Source: Candidatus Methylacidiphilales bacterium (GTDB taxonomy: Bacteria; Verrucomicrobiota; Verrucomicrobiia; Methylacidiphilales; CAZTYG01). From it: DNA of 64,000 nt. Both the position numbers and the translations under genes were made by a program. Numbering within the stretch: position 1 is the stretch's first letter; each line of letters begins with the position of its first letter. Positions 53,594 through 62,974 of this stretch are shown here, piece after piece. Under the pieces are notes generated by a model, which ran no database searches, was not told the DNA's origin, and saw only the letters and a list, made by a program, of their open reading frames with translations. The stretch covers positions 64,467-128,466 of the forward strand of contig JANRJG010000041.1 in the NCBI GenBank assembly GCA_033875315.1, given 5' to 3'.

Positions 53594-53619
53594 CTCTAAC
53601 TTAAAATTACAACTTCAAG
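53594..53619. repeat. inverted-repeat arm (start-codon side) of four-helix-bundle cassette 2
   Basis: ctctaacttaaaattacaacttcaag, 9 nt upstream of the ATG at 53584. Confidence 0.7.
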
Positions 53620-53635
53620 ACGCGACAGAGCCGCG

Positions 53636-54403
53636 TCACCAAACCTTCCAAGGCGCTTTCCCGCTGTTCCAAAGTTCTTCAAGGTGATTCTTATCCCGGA
53701 GGGTATCCATCGGCTGCCAGAATCCTTCGTGCTTGAAGGCCCTCATCTGGCCTTCGGCGGCCAATCGCTCCATGGGCTCCTTTTCCCAAAGCGTTCCATC
53801 ACCCTCCACATGCCCGAGAACCGAGGGATCGAGGACAAAAAAACCACCGTTGATCCAGGAGCCGTCTCCCTTGGGTTTCTCTTGGAAGGCAACCATTTCG
53901 TCCCCGTCTAGTTGCAGCGCACCGAATCTCCCGCTGGGCTGCACGGCGGTCAAAGTGGCCTTTTTCCCATGGGCCTTGTGGAAGGCGATAAGCGCCTTGA
54001 TGTCAACATCCCCCACACCATCTCCATAGGTCATACAGAAGGCACCGTCCTGCACATAAGGAGCGATCCGCTTCAGCCGCCCACCGGTCATCGTGTCTTC
54101 ACCCGTGTCGACGATGGTGACCCGCCAAGGCTCGGTGCGTTTTTCATGTACTTCCATTTTATTGTCCCGCATGTCAAAGGTTACATCGGATTGGTGGAGA
54201 AAATAATTGGCGAAATATTCTTTGATCAGGTATCCCCGGTAACCCGCGCAAATGACAAAGTCATGGATGCCGTGGGCCGAGTAAATCTTCATGATGTGCC
54301 AAAGGATGGGATAATTCCCGATCTGGACCATGGGCTTGGGCTTGAGGGAGGTTTCTTCGCTGAGTCGGGTGCCCAAACCTCCGGCCAAAAGAACTGCTTT
54401 CAT
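53636..54403 (-). CDS. rfbF: glucose-1-phosphate cytidylyltransferase
   Basis: MKAVLLAGGLGTRLSEETSLKPKPMVQIGNYPILWHIMKIYSAHGIHDFVICAGYRGYLIKEYFANY is nearly canonical RfbF. Confidence 0.92.
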   Translation of the reverse strand: MKAVLLAGGLGTRLSEETSLKPKPMVQIGNYPILWHIMKIYSAHGIHDFVICAGYRGYLIKEYFANYFLHQSDVTFDMRDNKMEVHEKRTEPWRVTIVDTGEDTMTGGRLKRIAPYVQDGAFCMTYGDGVGDVDIKALIAFHKAHGKKATLTAVQPSGRFGALQLDGDEMVAFQEKPKGDGSWINGGFFVLDPSVLGHVEGDGTLWEKEPMERLAAEGQMRAFKHEGFWQPMDTLRDKNHLEELWNSGKAPWKVW

Positions 54404-54650
54404 ATCTACAACCTATTGAAGAAAGCGAAATCTGGAAACCGGAAACTTAATGGCCCGCTCCGGGCCATACGTCGACCCGGTCCAGAGCCGCTTCGGAGGG
54501 GATTCGCCAGCTCATTGGTGAAGTCACGGCACGCCGTCCGGGCGATTCTTAACGGGATGCCCGGGGACCATGCGTTTTCGTTCATCAGCCACTTCCACCC
54601 TGTCGGCTTCGGGGTTGTCATTCCTTGGAAACCCCTATTAGTCTAAGCAG

Positions 54651-55526
54651 ATGATATTGCTTTTGGGAGCTTCCGGTTACATAGGTTCGGCATTCCAAAC
54701 GCACTACCGTTCCAGGAACCTTGATTTCAAGGCTGTTTCCCTGACCCATTCACCTGACCCAAGGGAATCACTGGCCAAAGCCATCCGGGAGCTCCGCCCC
54801 ACTTTCTTGGTCAATTGCGCGGGCTTTACAGGGAAACCCAATGTGGACGCAGCAGAAGACCGCAAGGCCGAGTGCCTGGAGGTCAACACCCATCTCCCAA
54901 GCATGATTGCCCAAATATGCGCCGATCACCAATTGCCCTGGGGTCACGTTTCTTCGGGCTGCATTTATACCGGCAGCAAATCCTGCGGCTCGGGATTTTC
55001 CGAGGAAGACCCACCCAACTTCGATTTCCGCCACAACAACTGCAGTTTCTACAGCGGCTCCAAAGCCCTGGCCGAAGAAGTTCTCAAAGAAGCCCCCAAC
55101 TGTTTCCTCTGGCGACTCCGCATTCCCTTCAATGAGTTCGACCATCCTCGCAATTACCTCACCAAACTCATGCGCTACTCCCGTCTCCTCGATGTGCGCA
55201 ACTCCATTTCCCAGGTAGACGATTTCGTCCGGGCCTGTTGTGAAACCTGGTCCAAACGGCTTCCCTATGGCACCTACAATATGACCAATCCCGGCTCGGT
55301 CACCACCCGCGAGGTGGCCGCCCTCATTGAAAAATACGGTCTTGGACGCCCCGGAGGCTTCCAGTTTTTCGAGTCCGAGGATGAATTCATGCAACTGGCC
55401 GCGACCACACCGCGGGCCAGTTGCGTTCTTGACTCATCCAAGTTGGCTACGCATGGCATCGTTCTCAGGGAAGTACATGACTCCATCGAATGGTGTTTGA
55501 AGAACTGGCGCCCGGCCGCCCCTTGA
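54651..55526 (+). CDS. NAD(P)-dependent sugar nucleotide reductase, NRS/ER-like (4-keto-6-deoxyhexose epimerase/reductase type)
   Basis: ILLLGASGYIGSAF, SFYSGSKALAE, HPRNYLTKLMRYSRLLDVRNSIS resembles the plant/viral NRS/ER (UER1) C-terminal motif. Paralogue of 60018..60890. Could instead be the terminal reductase of the CDP-dideoxyhexose route. Confidence 0.65.
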   Translation: MILLLGASGYIGSAFQTHYRSRNLDFKAVSLTHSPDPRESLAKAIRELRPTFLVNCAGFTGKPNVDAAEDRKAECLEVNTHLPSMIAQICADHQLPWGHVSSGCIYTGSKSCGSGFSEEDPPNFDFRHNNCSFYSGSKALAEEVLKEAPNCFLWRLRIPFNEFDHPRNYLTKLMRYSRLLDVRNSISQVDDFVRACCETWSKRLPYGTYNMTNPGSVTTREVAALIEKYGLGRPGGFQFFESEDEFMQLAATTPRASCVLDSSKLATHGIVLREVHDSIEWCLKNWRPAAP

Positions 55527-55883
55527 CCAGCGCCACGTCCCTGCCCTTATGCCACCGGGCACGGAACGAGAACCGACAGACACGACAAAACAAAGGCTAC
55601 ACCCTGACGGGTCTTGTTCGGTATCCAAATCTTCCCCGAAGCCCCTCTCCAACCCATACAAGGAATTGCATCCAGTTAAACCGGAATGGCTCCAAGCAAG
55701 GAGACCCGGTGAAGACGATGGTTGATGGCCATTGCGGTTCAGCGCCCGAAGGTTCGGTCGCATACGCTCAACATCCAAGTGGATTGATTTTCTGAACCCG
55801 CGTGAATCCGGGCTCAAGACGCCCGCACCTTGATTGATGGCCACACCAGCATTCAAGGTGCGTCCTGCATGTCCACCCGCCTG

Positions 55884-56990
55884 TCATACACCCCGGTGTA
55901 CTGATGCGGGCCCGGCGTCCCCAGCCTTCTGGGGAAACGAGGAATGACCGGGCAGATCCAGCAAATCCTTCAGCCAAGCATCCAGCAAATCCATTTCCTC
56001 TGGACCAATCCACCCCTTCGCGATGAGTTCTCCATAGCAGGCCCGAATATTGGCCGTAATGGCCGCAGGCCCCTGGGGTAAATCCAAACGCTCCAAAGCC
56101 TCGGCGATGTGGCGATTATGCAGATAACCCGGCACTTCATCCCGGAAATCCACGATCAGGCTGTGCTCATTCCGTTCCTGCCAGACGGTGGCCGAGTGGA
56201 AAGAAAGCCCCCATCCACAGGTCCACAGGATGCGTTGGGCGACAAAGCTGCGCCAGATATCCGTCATCCGGAAGCTGCAATGGGCCGGGAGGTAGAGGAG
56301 GGGATAGACTTCGGGGAAGAACGTCGTGTTCTGGCTGTTGAACGGGCACCACTGGTTTTTTTGCAAAACCATGGGCCGGTCCTTGCGGAAGTTGAAGGGC
56401 AGGGGATAAAGCATGCGGTAGACGGCATCCACATCGGGATTTTCATCCGCCAAACCCTGTTGGATGGGACAAGCCCCGGAGAACGCGTTCGGCAGACGAG
56501 GCGGAACCGAGCCGGCCGAGCGAACGCCGTCCAGCGGATACCCCCTGGGATAAATAAAATCATCCGCGAAATGGCCATAGACATTGACCCATCCCGAGGC
56601 TTCCACCGCATCCCCATTCACCAAGCGGTTGCGCGGTGCCCAAAAATCAGGACGAGGAAAATTATCATCGTCGGTCTCGACAATAAACCGCGCCCCGCCC
56701 GCAATGGCCGCGAGGTAGGCAATGTTCTTCCGGGTATAGGAGCGGGTCGGACAAAGCCCGGCGTATTGGAACGGCATTTGCCTCTGCTGGTCAACGGAAA
56801 GGAACTCACAACCCGGCAGCAGAAAATGATCCGGGCTTTTGGTGTCACCCGCGACGATGAACCGGCAACCCGCACCCGCCGCACCCTGGGCCAGGGCGCG
56901 CAAAACGGGATTGGGCGCCGAAATCGAGGTGACGACCAGGGCCCCCTGCCCGAAAGGAATCGGATCCATGTTGCAACCAAGCTCAGTCAT
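55884..56990 (-). CDS. STELLO/DUF288-like glycosyltransferase
   Basis: FIVAGDTKSP..., SYTRKNIAYLAAIAGGARFIVETDDDNFP resembles the STELLO family core. Confidence 0.55.
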   Translation of the reverse strand: MTELGCNMDPIPFGQGALVVTSISAPNPVLRALAQGAAGAGCRFIVAGDTKSPDHFLLPGCEFLSVDQQRQMPFQYAGLCPTRSYTRKNIAYLAAIAGGARFIVETDDDNFPRPDFWAPRNRLVNGDAVEASGWVNVYGHFADDFIYPRGYPLDGVRSAGSVPPRLPNAFSGACPIQQGLADENPDVDAVYRMLYPLPFNFRKDRPMVLQKNQWCPFNSQNTTFFPEVYPLLYLPAHCSFRMTDIWRSFVAQRILWTCGWGLSFHSATVWQERNEHSLIVDFRDEVPGYLHNRHIAEALERLDLPQGPAAITANIRACYGELIAKGWIGPEEMDLLDAWLKDLLDLPGHSSFPQKAGDAGPASVHRGV

Positions 56991-56996
56991 GATGTT

Positions 56997-57734
56997 TCAT
57001 TCGATTTGGGGGCTCTTCCCCATCAGCCGCAACAGGAAGTAATGCCACAGGACCAGGAGGGAATTCTTGATGGCATTTTCGGAAACCCGCGGAGAAGGGG
57101 CGCGGTAGTGGATCGGCACCTCGATCAACCGGTGGTGCCGAAGCAAGTGGCGCACTTCCGTCTGATAAAAATGCGCCCGGGAGAGCAACGGATAGTCCAC
57201 CAGTTTTTGCAGTACATTGCGATGGAAACCTTGGAAGCCCGAAGTCATATCGGCCAGCCTGGCCCCGAGCAGGATCTGTGCGGCCAGCGTGCCGCCCTTG
57301 GAAAGCAATCTCCTGCTCCAGGGGGAATCCGCCATCGATCCCCCGTTGATGTAACGGCTGCCGAAGGCGCATTCGTTGCCTTCGTTCAACACCCGGAGAA
57401 ACATAGGCAGGGCCCGTGGGTCGTGCGCAAGGCCGGCATCCATCTCGATCACGATCTGATGACCGCGGGCCAAGGCCTCGCGGAAACCATGCAGGTAGGC
57501 ATCCACCACATTCCTGTTGTCGGGTGCCCAGCAGGTGCGGAAACGGGGGTCTTTTTGTTCCCATTCGCGGCAGAGCTCCAGTGTCCGGTCTTTCGATACA
57601 TGGTCCACGATGAAATAGACCACCCCACTGCCGATCTGGTCCAGCGTGCCACGGAGAACGGCGGCAAATGCTTCGAAGTCCGCCTCCTCATTGGCCATGG
57701 GCACAATCACACACCAATCGATCGATGAATACAT
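56997..57734 (-). CDS. GT2 polyprenyl-phosphate glycosyltransferase-like
   Basis: WCVIVPMANEEADF, YFIVDHVSKDRT, IVIEMDAGLAHDP. Confidence 0.75.
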   Translation of the reverse strand: MYSSIDWCVIVPMANEEADFEAFAAVLRGTLDQIGSGVVYFIVDHVSKDRTLELCREWEQKDPRFRTCWAPDNRNVVDAYLHGFREALARGHQIVIEMDAGLAHDPRALPMFLRVLNEGNECAFGSRYINGGSMADSPWSRRLLSKGGTLAAQILLGARLADMTSGFQGFHRNVLQKLVDYPLLSRAHFYQTEVRHLLRHHRLIEVPIHYRAPSPRVSENAIKNSLLVLWHYFLLRLMGKSPQIE

Positions 57735-57877
57735 AGCTGCGGCTTTCCGTTCAATTTACAGGTCCTATTGATACGAGGGTTTTTATAAATGACGCGAAAC
57801 GTTTAGCCGAACCAAAATCAATGAACCGGCCCAAGCTGCCCATCAACTGCTTTTTCGACCCCCGAAGCGATTGGCCA

Positions 57878-57908
57878 AATTTCAAACTAAACCCCTTTTC
57901 AAGCCGGC
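57878..57908. repeat. related element in the gmd upstream region
   Basis: aaatttcaaactaaaccccttttcaagccgg shares the AACT(T/A)AAACC...TTCAAG pattern. Weaker match. Confidence 0.4.
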
Positions 57909-58057
57909 TCAATATCCTCCTTGTAATCACCTGCGGAAGATATCCACCAAACAGCGGGGACAATCTTGCTTCTGCAGGCGCAGGACGACGCCCCAGTTTT
58001 TCCTCTGTCATTCTACTCCTTCTCGACAGCCCCTCGATGTTTCGATAAAACCCTCGG

Positions 58058-59065
58058 ATGCCCACTGCACTCATCACCGGCATCACCGGCCAAGACGGTT
58101 CCTACCTCGCAGAGCTGCTTCTACAAAAAGGATACACCGTCCATGGCATCATGCGCCGGTCCTCCAGCTTCAACACCGACCGCATCGAACCCATCTACCA
58201 ATCCCCGCAGGACGGGAGTCGCAGGCTTTTCCTCCACTATGGCGACCTTTCCGATTCCAGTTCGACGCTCTCCCTCGTGGGGGACATCAAGCCGGACGAG
58301 ATTTACCACCTCGGCGCCCAAAGCCATGTCCGGGTCAGCTTCGATATCCCGGAATACACCGGCGACGTCACCGGCCTGGGCACCACTCGCCTCCTCGAGG
58401 CCATGCGCCGATCCTGTCCGAAGAGCCGCTTCTACCAGGCCTCCAGCAGCGAGATGTATGGACTGGTCCAGGAAGTGCCCCAGAAGGAAACCACCCCTTT
58501 CTATCCCCGCAGCCCCTACGGCGCCGCCAAGGTCTACGCCTACTGGCTAACTGTCAATTACCGCGAAAGCTACGGCCTCCATGCCACCAATGGCATCCTC
58601 TTCAACCACGAATCCCCGCGGCGCGGGGAAACCTTCGTCACACGCAAGATCACCCGCGCGGTCGCCCGCATCAAGAAAGGTCTCCAGAAAAAGCTCCACA
58701 TGGGCAACCTTGAGGCCAAGCGGGACTGGGGCTACGCCCCCGATTACGTCGAGGCCATGTGGATGATGCTCCAACAGGAAAAGGGCGACGACTATGTGGT
58801 CGCCACCGGGGAGACACACAGTGTGCGTGAGTTTCTAGAATTGGCCTTTGGTCGTGCCGGGATGGACTACCGCGATTATGTCGAACACGACGCCCGTTAC
58901 GAACGCCCGGCAGAAGTCGATCTGCTCATCGGCGACCCCTCCAAGGCCCGCCGCCAGCTCGGCTGGGAACCCCGGGTCAAGTTCAAGGAACTGGTCGAAA
59001 TCATGGTCGACGCTGATATCCACCTTCTCGACGAGGAACTGGCCGGTCAGCATGTGCGGGCCTGA
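58058..59065 (+). CDS. gmd: GDP-mannose 4,6-dehydratase
   Basis: [79 protein letters not shown]. Confidence 0.95.
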   Translation: MPTALITGITGQDGSYLAELLLQKGYTVHGIMRRSSSFNTDRIEPIYQSPQDGSRRLFLHYGDLSDSSSTLSLVGDIKPDEIYHLGAQSHVRVSFDIPEYTGDVTGLGTTRLLEAMRRSCPKSRFYQASSSEMYGLVQEVPQKETTPFYPRSPYGAAKVYAYWLTVNYRESYGLHATNGILFNHESPRRGETFVTRKITRAVARIKKGLQKKLHMGNLEAKRDWGYAPDYVEAMWMMLQQEKGDDYVVATGETHSVREFLELAFGRAGMDYRDYVEHDARYERPAEVDLLIGDPSKARRQLGWEPRVKFKELVEIMVDADIHLLDEELAGQHVRA

Positions 59066-59086
59066 GGAGCCACACCACCCCAGGAC

Positions 59087-60016
59087 ATGAGCACCCTTCA
59101 GGGAAAATTGTTCATCGCCGGCCACCGCGGCCTCGTCGGCCGCGCCCTCTGCCGTGCCGCCGGTCATCATCCCGGACTGGAACTGGTGACACGCACCCGC
59201 CAAGAGGTCAATCTTGAGGACGAGGCCGCCGTTCGCGCTTTTTTCATCCAGGAAAAGCCGGATTACGTCATCGATGCCGCGGCCAAGGTCGGCGGCATAA
59301 AGGCCAACAACGACTTCCCTGTCGATTTCCTCCTGACCAACCTGCGTATCCAGAACAACATCATATCCGCCGCCCACACGGCCGGGGTGCGTAAATTGCT
59401 TTTCCTCGGCAGTTCGTGCATCTATCCGAAGCTGGCGCCCCAGCCCATCCGCGAGGACGCCCTCCTCACCGGGCCGCTCGAACCGACCAACGAGTGGTAT
59501 GCCGTGGCCAAGATCACCGGGATCAAACTCTGCCAGGCCTACCGCAAACAGTACGGCGCCTCCTTCATCAGCGCCATGCCCACCAACCTTTACGGACCCC
59601 ATGACAACTTCGACCTCCAGTCGTCACATGTGCTCCCCGCCCTCATCCGCAAATTTCACGAAGCCAAATCCTCCGGAGGCAAAGTCACCCTCTGGGGCAC
59701 CGGCAGCCCCCGCCGGGAGTTCCTCCACGTCGACGACCTGGCCGCCGCCTGTTTCCTGCTTCTGGAGGTTTACGACGGAGGGGAACCGGTGAACCTGGGC
59801 TGCGGCGAGGATGTCACCATCAAAGAACTGGCAGAAACCGTTGCCCGGGTCACCGGGTTCGCAGGCGGACTCGAGTGGGACACCCGCATGCCGGACGGCA
59901 CGCCACGCAAGCTCCTCGATATTTCCCGCATCCGGGCCATGGGCTGGAGCCCGCAGATCTCTCTGGAGGAAGGCATCCGCCAGACCTATTCTTGGTATCT
60001 GAACACCAGCGCTTGA
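59087..60016 (+). CDS. fcl: GDP-L-fucose synthase
   Basis: IAGHRGLVGRAL, NNDFPVDFLLTNLRIQNN, LGSSCIYPK, NEWYAVAKITG, PTNLYGPHDNFDLQSSHVLPALIRKF. Confidence 0.92.
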   Translation: MSTLQGKLFIAGHRGLVGRALCRAAGHHPGLELVTRTRQEVNLEDEAAVRAFFIQEKPDYVIDAAAKVGGIKANNDFPVDFLLTNLRIQNNIISAAHTAGVRKLLFLGSSCIYPKLAPQPIREDALLTGPLEPTNEWYAVAKITGIKLCQAYRKQYGASFISAMPTNLYGPHDNFDLQSSHVLPALIRKFHEAKSSGGKVTLWGTGSPRREFLHVDDLAAACFLLLEVYDGGEPVNLGCGEDVTIKELAETVARVTGFAGGLEWDTRMPDGTPRKLLDISRIRAMGWSPQISLEEGIRQTYSWYLNTSA

Positions 60017-60017
60017 G

Positions 60018-60890
60018 TCAGGAGCCGGTCCGCCGTTCACGCACCGAGCGCTCCAGCGCTTCGTGTATCTCCGTGAACCTTACCCCTTGGGCCAATGCTT
60101 TGGAGGAATCGAGAACACATTCCGATCGCGGGGTGCGGCCGGCCACCGAGACAAATTCCTGGGAATCGGCAAAGAAGCGCACGGGCCCGGCAATCAAGCC
60201 CGCCCGAACGAGCAGGGCAGTCAGTTCCGAGGTGCGCACCACTCCCGGATTGGTCATGTTGTAAATCCCGAAAGGCGCCCGGTTCATGGCCAAATCCAGA
60301 CATCCGGCCGTGAACTCATCGATTTGGCTGATCGAATTTTCCGATTCCAGATGGCAGGGGTAACCCATGATTTTTGACAGATAATTGCGCGGTTCTGCAT
60401 CCCCGTTGAACGGGCGGCGCAGACGCCAGATCCAAACCTGTTCCTTCAATCGCAGCATCTCCTCCGCCAATGCCTTGCAGCCGCTGTAGAAACTGGAGTT
60501 GTTGTGACGGAAATCAAAGTTGGGCAAATCGCTTTCACACCAACCCTGTCCCTCCTTTTTGCATCCACTGTAAATGCAACCACTGGAGACGTGCCCCAAA
60601 GGAATGCCCCTGGCGGCACAGGCCTCACTCAAGCGGACTGGAAAGGCCAGATTGGCTTCCAGGCAGCGTATTTTTTGCCGTTCCGCGGCCTCGACGTTGG
60701 GGATACCCGTAAAACCGGCCGCACATATCACCAGCGTGGGTTGGATTTCATCCAGCAATTGCCCCAAGACCCACGGAATACCATAGTCCCGCTGACCGCG
60801 CACGGGACCATAAAAGGAGATCCCCCTCTGCCCAAGCGCACGCTGGAAGGCTTTCCCGACATATCCCGTGGCACCCAACAACAAAACCAT
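60018..60890 (-). CDS. NAD(P)-dependent sugar nucleotide reductase, NRS/ER-like (paralogue of 54651..55526)
   Basis: VLLLGATGYVGKAF, SFYSGCKALAE, EPRNYLSKIMGYPCHLESENSIS. Roughly half the positions match the paralogue by eye. Confidence 0.65.
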   Translation of the reverse strand: MVLLLGATGYVGKAFQRALGQRGISFYGPVRGQRDYGIPWVLGQLLDEIQPTLVICAAGFTGIPNVEAAERQKIRCLEANLAFPVRLSEACAARGIPLGHVSSGCIYSGCKKEGQGWCESDLPNFDFRHNNSSFYSGCKALAEEMLRLKEQVWIWRLRRPFNGDAEPRNYLSKIMGYPCHLESENSISQIDEFTAGCLDLAMNRAPFGIYNMTNPGVVRTSELTALLVRAGLIAGPVRFFADSQEFVSVAGRTPRSECVLDSSKALAQGVRFTEIHEALERSVRERRTGS

Positions 60891-60933
60891 AATGCAAGCT
60901 AGAAAGACCCCAACGGGTGTCGAGTATGTTGAA

Positions 60934-62049
60934 TCAACTTTTCAGTGACGGGGCGATGCGGTCGAATTCCGCCAAAGCCATGCCCACCACTTGGTCCATG
61001 TTGTAGTAGCGGTAGGTGGCCAGGCGTCCGATGAAACTGGTATTCGGCTCGGCCTCGGCCATCAAACGGTATTTTTCGTACAAGGCCCGGGCGTCAGGGG
61101 CCGGGATGGGGTAATAGGCCTCTTTGCCCGGCCCGTAGTCCTCGGGGTATTCGCGCACAATGGTCGTCACCGGGAGCTTCTGGCCGGTGGCGTGTTTCAA
61201 TTCAACAATGCGGGTGAAGGCCTCGTCGTTGGGGTAGTTGACCTGCATGGCCGGCTGGAAGTATTCCCGGGCCAGGGTTTCGGGCTCGAAACGCAGGGAA
61301 CGATAGGGTAGCGGCCCGTGGCAACAGTCGAAATACTCATCCACGGCCCCGGTATATACCAGATGACGGTGACCGGTTTCGCCTTGGATGGAACGGTAGT
61401 CGGTCCCCAACCGGACCTCGATGAGCGGATGGTCGAGGATCTTCTCAAACATGCGGGTGTATCCTTCTTTGGGCAGGGCTTGGAATTTTTCCGAAAAATA
61501 ACGATCGTCGCGGTTGGTGCGGATGGGGATGCGACCACAGACACTGGCGTCCAGTTCCTTGGGATCGCGCCGCCACTGCTTGCCGGTGTAGTTCTTGAAA
61601 AACATCTCATAAAGCTTCCAACCCACCTGGGAGACGATCACCTCCTCGGAATTCTTCGGCTCGGCAATATCCACCCGCCACTCTTCCAGGGTGGCCTGCA
61701 TTTCCTCGGGAGTGGAGGATCGTCCGATGAGTTGCTCGAAGGTGTTGAGGTTGATCGGGAACTGCCAGTAACGCCCGTCCACCCGCGAGAGGATCTTGTA
61801 CTCGACGGCATGCCATTCGGTGAACTGCCCGAGGTAGGCGACGATCCGTTCGGAATTGCTGCGGAAATAATGCGGACCATAGGTGTGGAGCAGAACCCCG
61901 GCGGCATCGGTGTGGTCATGGGCGTTTCCACCGATATGGGTGCGCCGGTCAACCACCAGACATCGCAGGCCCAACTGCGAGGCCAGACGTTCCGCGATGA
62001 CGGCCCCGGCGAAACCCGCGCCGGCGATGAGGATATCACAGCGACTCAT
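60934..62049 (-). CDS. glf: UDP-galactopyranose mutase
   Basis: ILIAGAGFAGAVIAERL, VVDRRTHIGGNA, HTYGPHYFRSN, YTGKQWR, GRLATYRYYNMDQ. Confidence 0.92.
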   Translation of the reverse strand: MSRCDILIAGAGFAGAVIAERLASQLGLRCLVVDRRTHIGGNAHDHTDAAGVLLHTYGPHYFRSNSERIVAYLGQFTEWHAVEYKILSRVDGRYWQFPINLNTFEQLIGRSSTPEEMQATLEEWRVDIAEPKNSEEVIVSQVGWKLYEMFFKNYTGKQWRRDPKELDASVCGRIPIRTNRDDRYFSEKFQALPKEGYTRMFEKILDHPLIEVRLGTDYRSIQGETGHRHLVYTGAVDEYFDCCHGPLPYRSLRFEPETLAREYFQPAMQVNYPNDEAFTRIVELKHATGQKLPVTTIVREYPEDYGPGKEAYYPIPAPDARALYEKYRLMAEAEPNTSFIGRLATYRYYNMDQVVGMALAEFDRIAPSLKS

Positions 62050-62071
62050 GACTCAATGGTCTCGGACCCCA

Positions 62072-62953
62072 TTATTTAAGGCCGGTTGCCGATAGTTTGC
62101 GAAGATAGTCCGCGTAGGTGCTACGGCCCATTCGGACCACTGATTGCTCCAAGGCCGCCGCATCCAACCAGCCCTGACGCCAACCGATTTCCTCCAAGCA
62201 GGCGATTTGCAGGCCTTGCCGCTCCTGCACGGCCTGGACAAACTGGCCCGCTTGCAGGAGCGATTCGTGGGTGCCGGTGTCCAGCCAAGCCACCCCGCGC
62301 CCCATGATACGAACGTGGAGAGCGCCCTCCCGCAGATAGGTTTCATTAAGGGCGGTGATTTCCAGTTCCCCGCGGGCGCTGGGCTTGAGCTGCCGGGCTT
62401 TCTCCGGGGCGCGCCCATCATAAAAATACAATCCGGGCACGGCAAAACTCGACTTGGGCTGTGCCGGTTTCTCTTCCAGCGAAACGGCCCGCCCTTCCGG
62501 ACCGAACTCCACCACTCCATAGCGTTGGGGATCGGCGACATGATAGGCAAAAATGGTCGCCCCCTGTTCCAGACTGGAAACTTCAAGAAGGGTCTCCCCC
62601 AGGGCATGCCCGTAGAAAAGGTTGTCGCCGAGCACCAGGCAGGAAGGCGCGCCGTCCAAGAACTTCTCCCCGATCAGGAAGGCCTGCGCCAGACCATCGG
62701 GCCTGGCTTGTTCGGCGTATTGGAGGGAAATACCGAAGGCACTGCCATCTCCGAGCAGCCGCCGGAAGAGGGGGAGGTCTTCCGGGGTGGAGATGACCAG
62801 AATCTCCCGGATGCCCGCGAGCATGAGCACGGACAACGGGTAATAGACCATGGGCTTGTCATATATGGGGAGCAGTTGCTTGCTCACCGCCTTGGTCAGG
62901 GGGAAAAGACGGGTGCCGCTGCCTCCGGCGAGGATGATGCCTTTGCGTTGCAT
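62072..62953 (-). CDS. rfbA: glucose-1-phosphate thymidylyltransferase
   Basis: [54 protein letters not shown] is canonical RmlA. Confidence 0.95.
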   Translation of the reverse strand: MQRKGIILAGGSGTRLFPLTKAVSKQLLPIYDKPMVYYPLSVLMLAGIREILVISTPEDLPLFRRLLGDGSAFGISLQYAEQARPDGLAQAFLIGEKFLDGAPSCLVLGDNLFYGHALGETLLEVSSLEQGATIFAYHVADPQRYGVVEFGPEGRAVSLEEKPAQPKSSFAVPGLYFYDGRAPEKARQLKPSARGELEITALNETYLREGALHVRIMGRGVAWLDTGTHESLLQAGQFVQAVQERQGLQIACLEEIGWRQGWLDAAALEQSVVRMGRSTYADYLRKLSATGLK

Positions 62954-62974
62954 GGACGGGTCTCCGGGAAGAAT

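Noticed and set aside
49778-54403. Classical mobile element or genomic-island insertion explaining the TA and four-helix-bundle genes
   Set aside because: No transposase, integrase, recombinase or tRNA attachment site lies in or near the region. The inserted genes are translationally coupled to their hosts. The only repeat structures are the short arms described in the findings.
57751-58086. 111-aa minus-strand ORF in the GT2/gmd divergent region
   Set aside because: It overlaps the gmd start codon, lies in the AT-richer promoter region containing a repeat-family copy, and has no recognisable motif. Probably non-coding.
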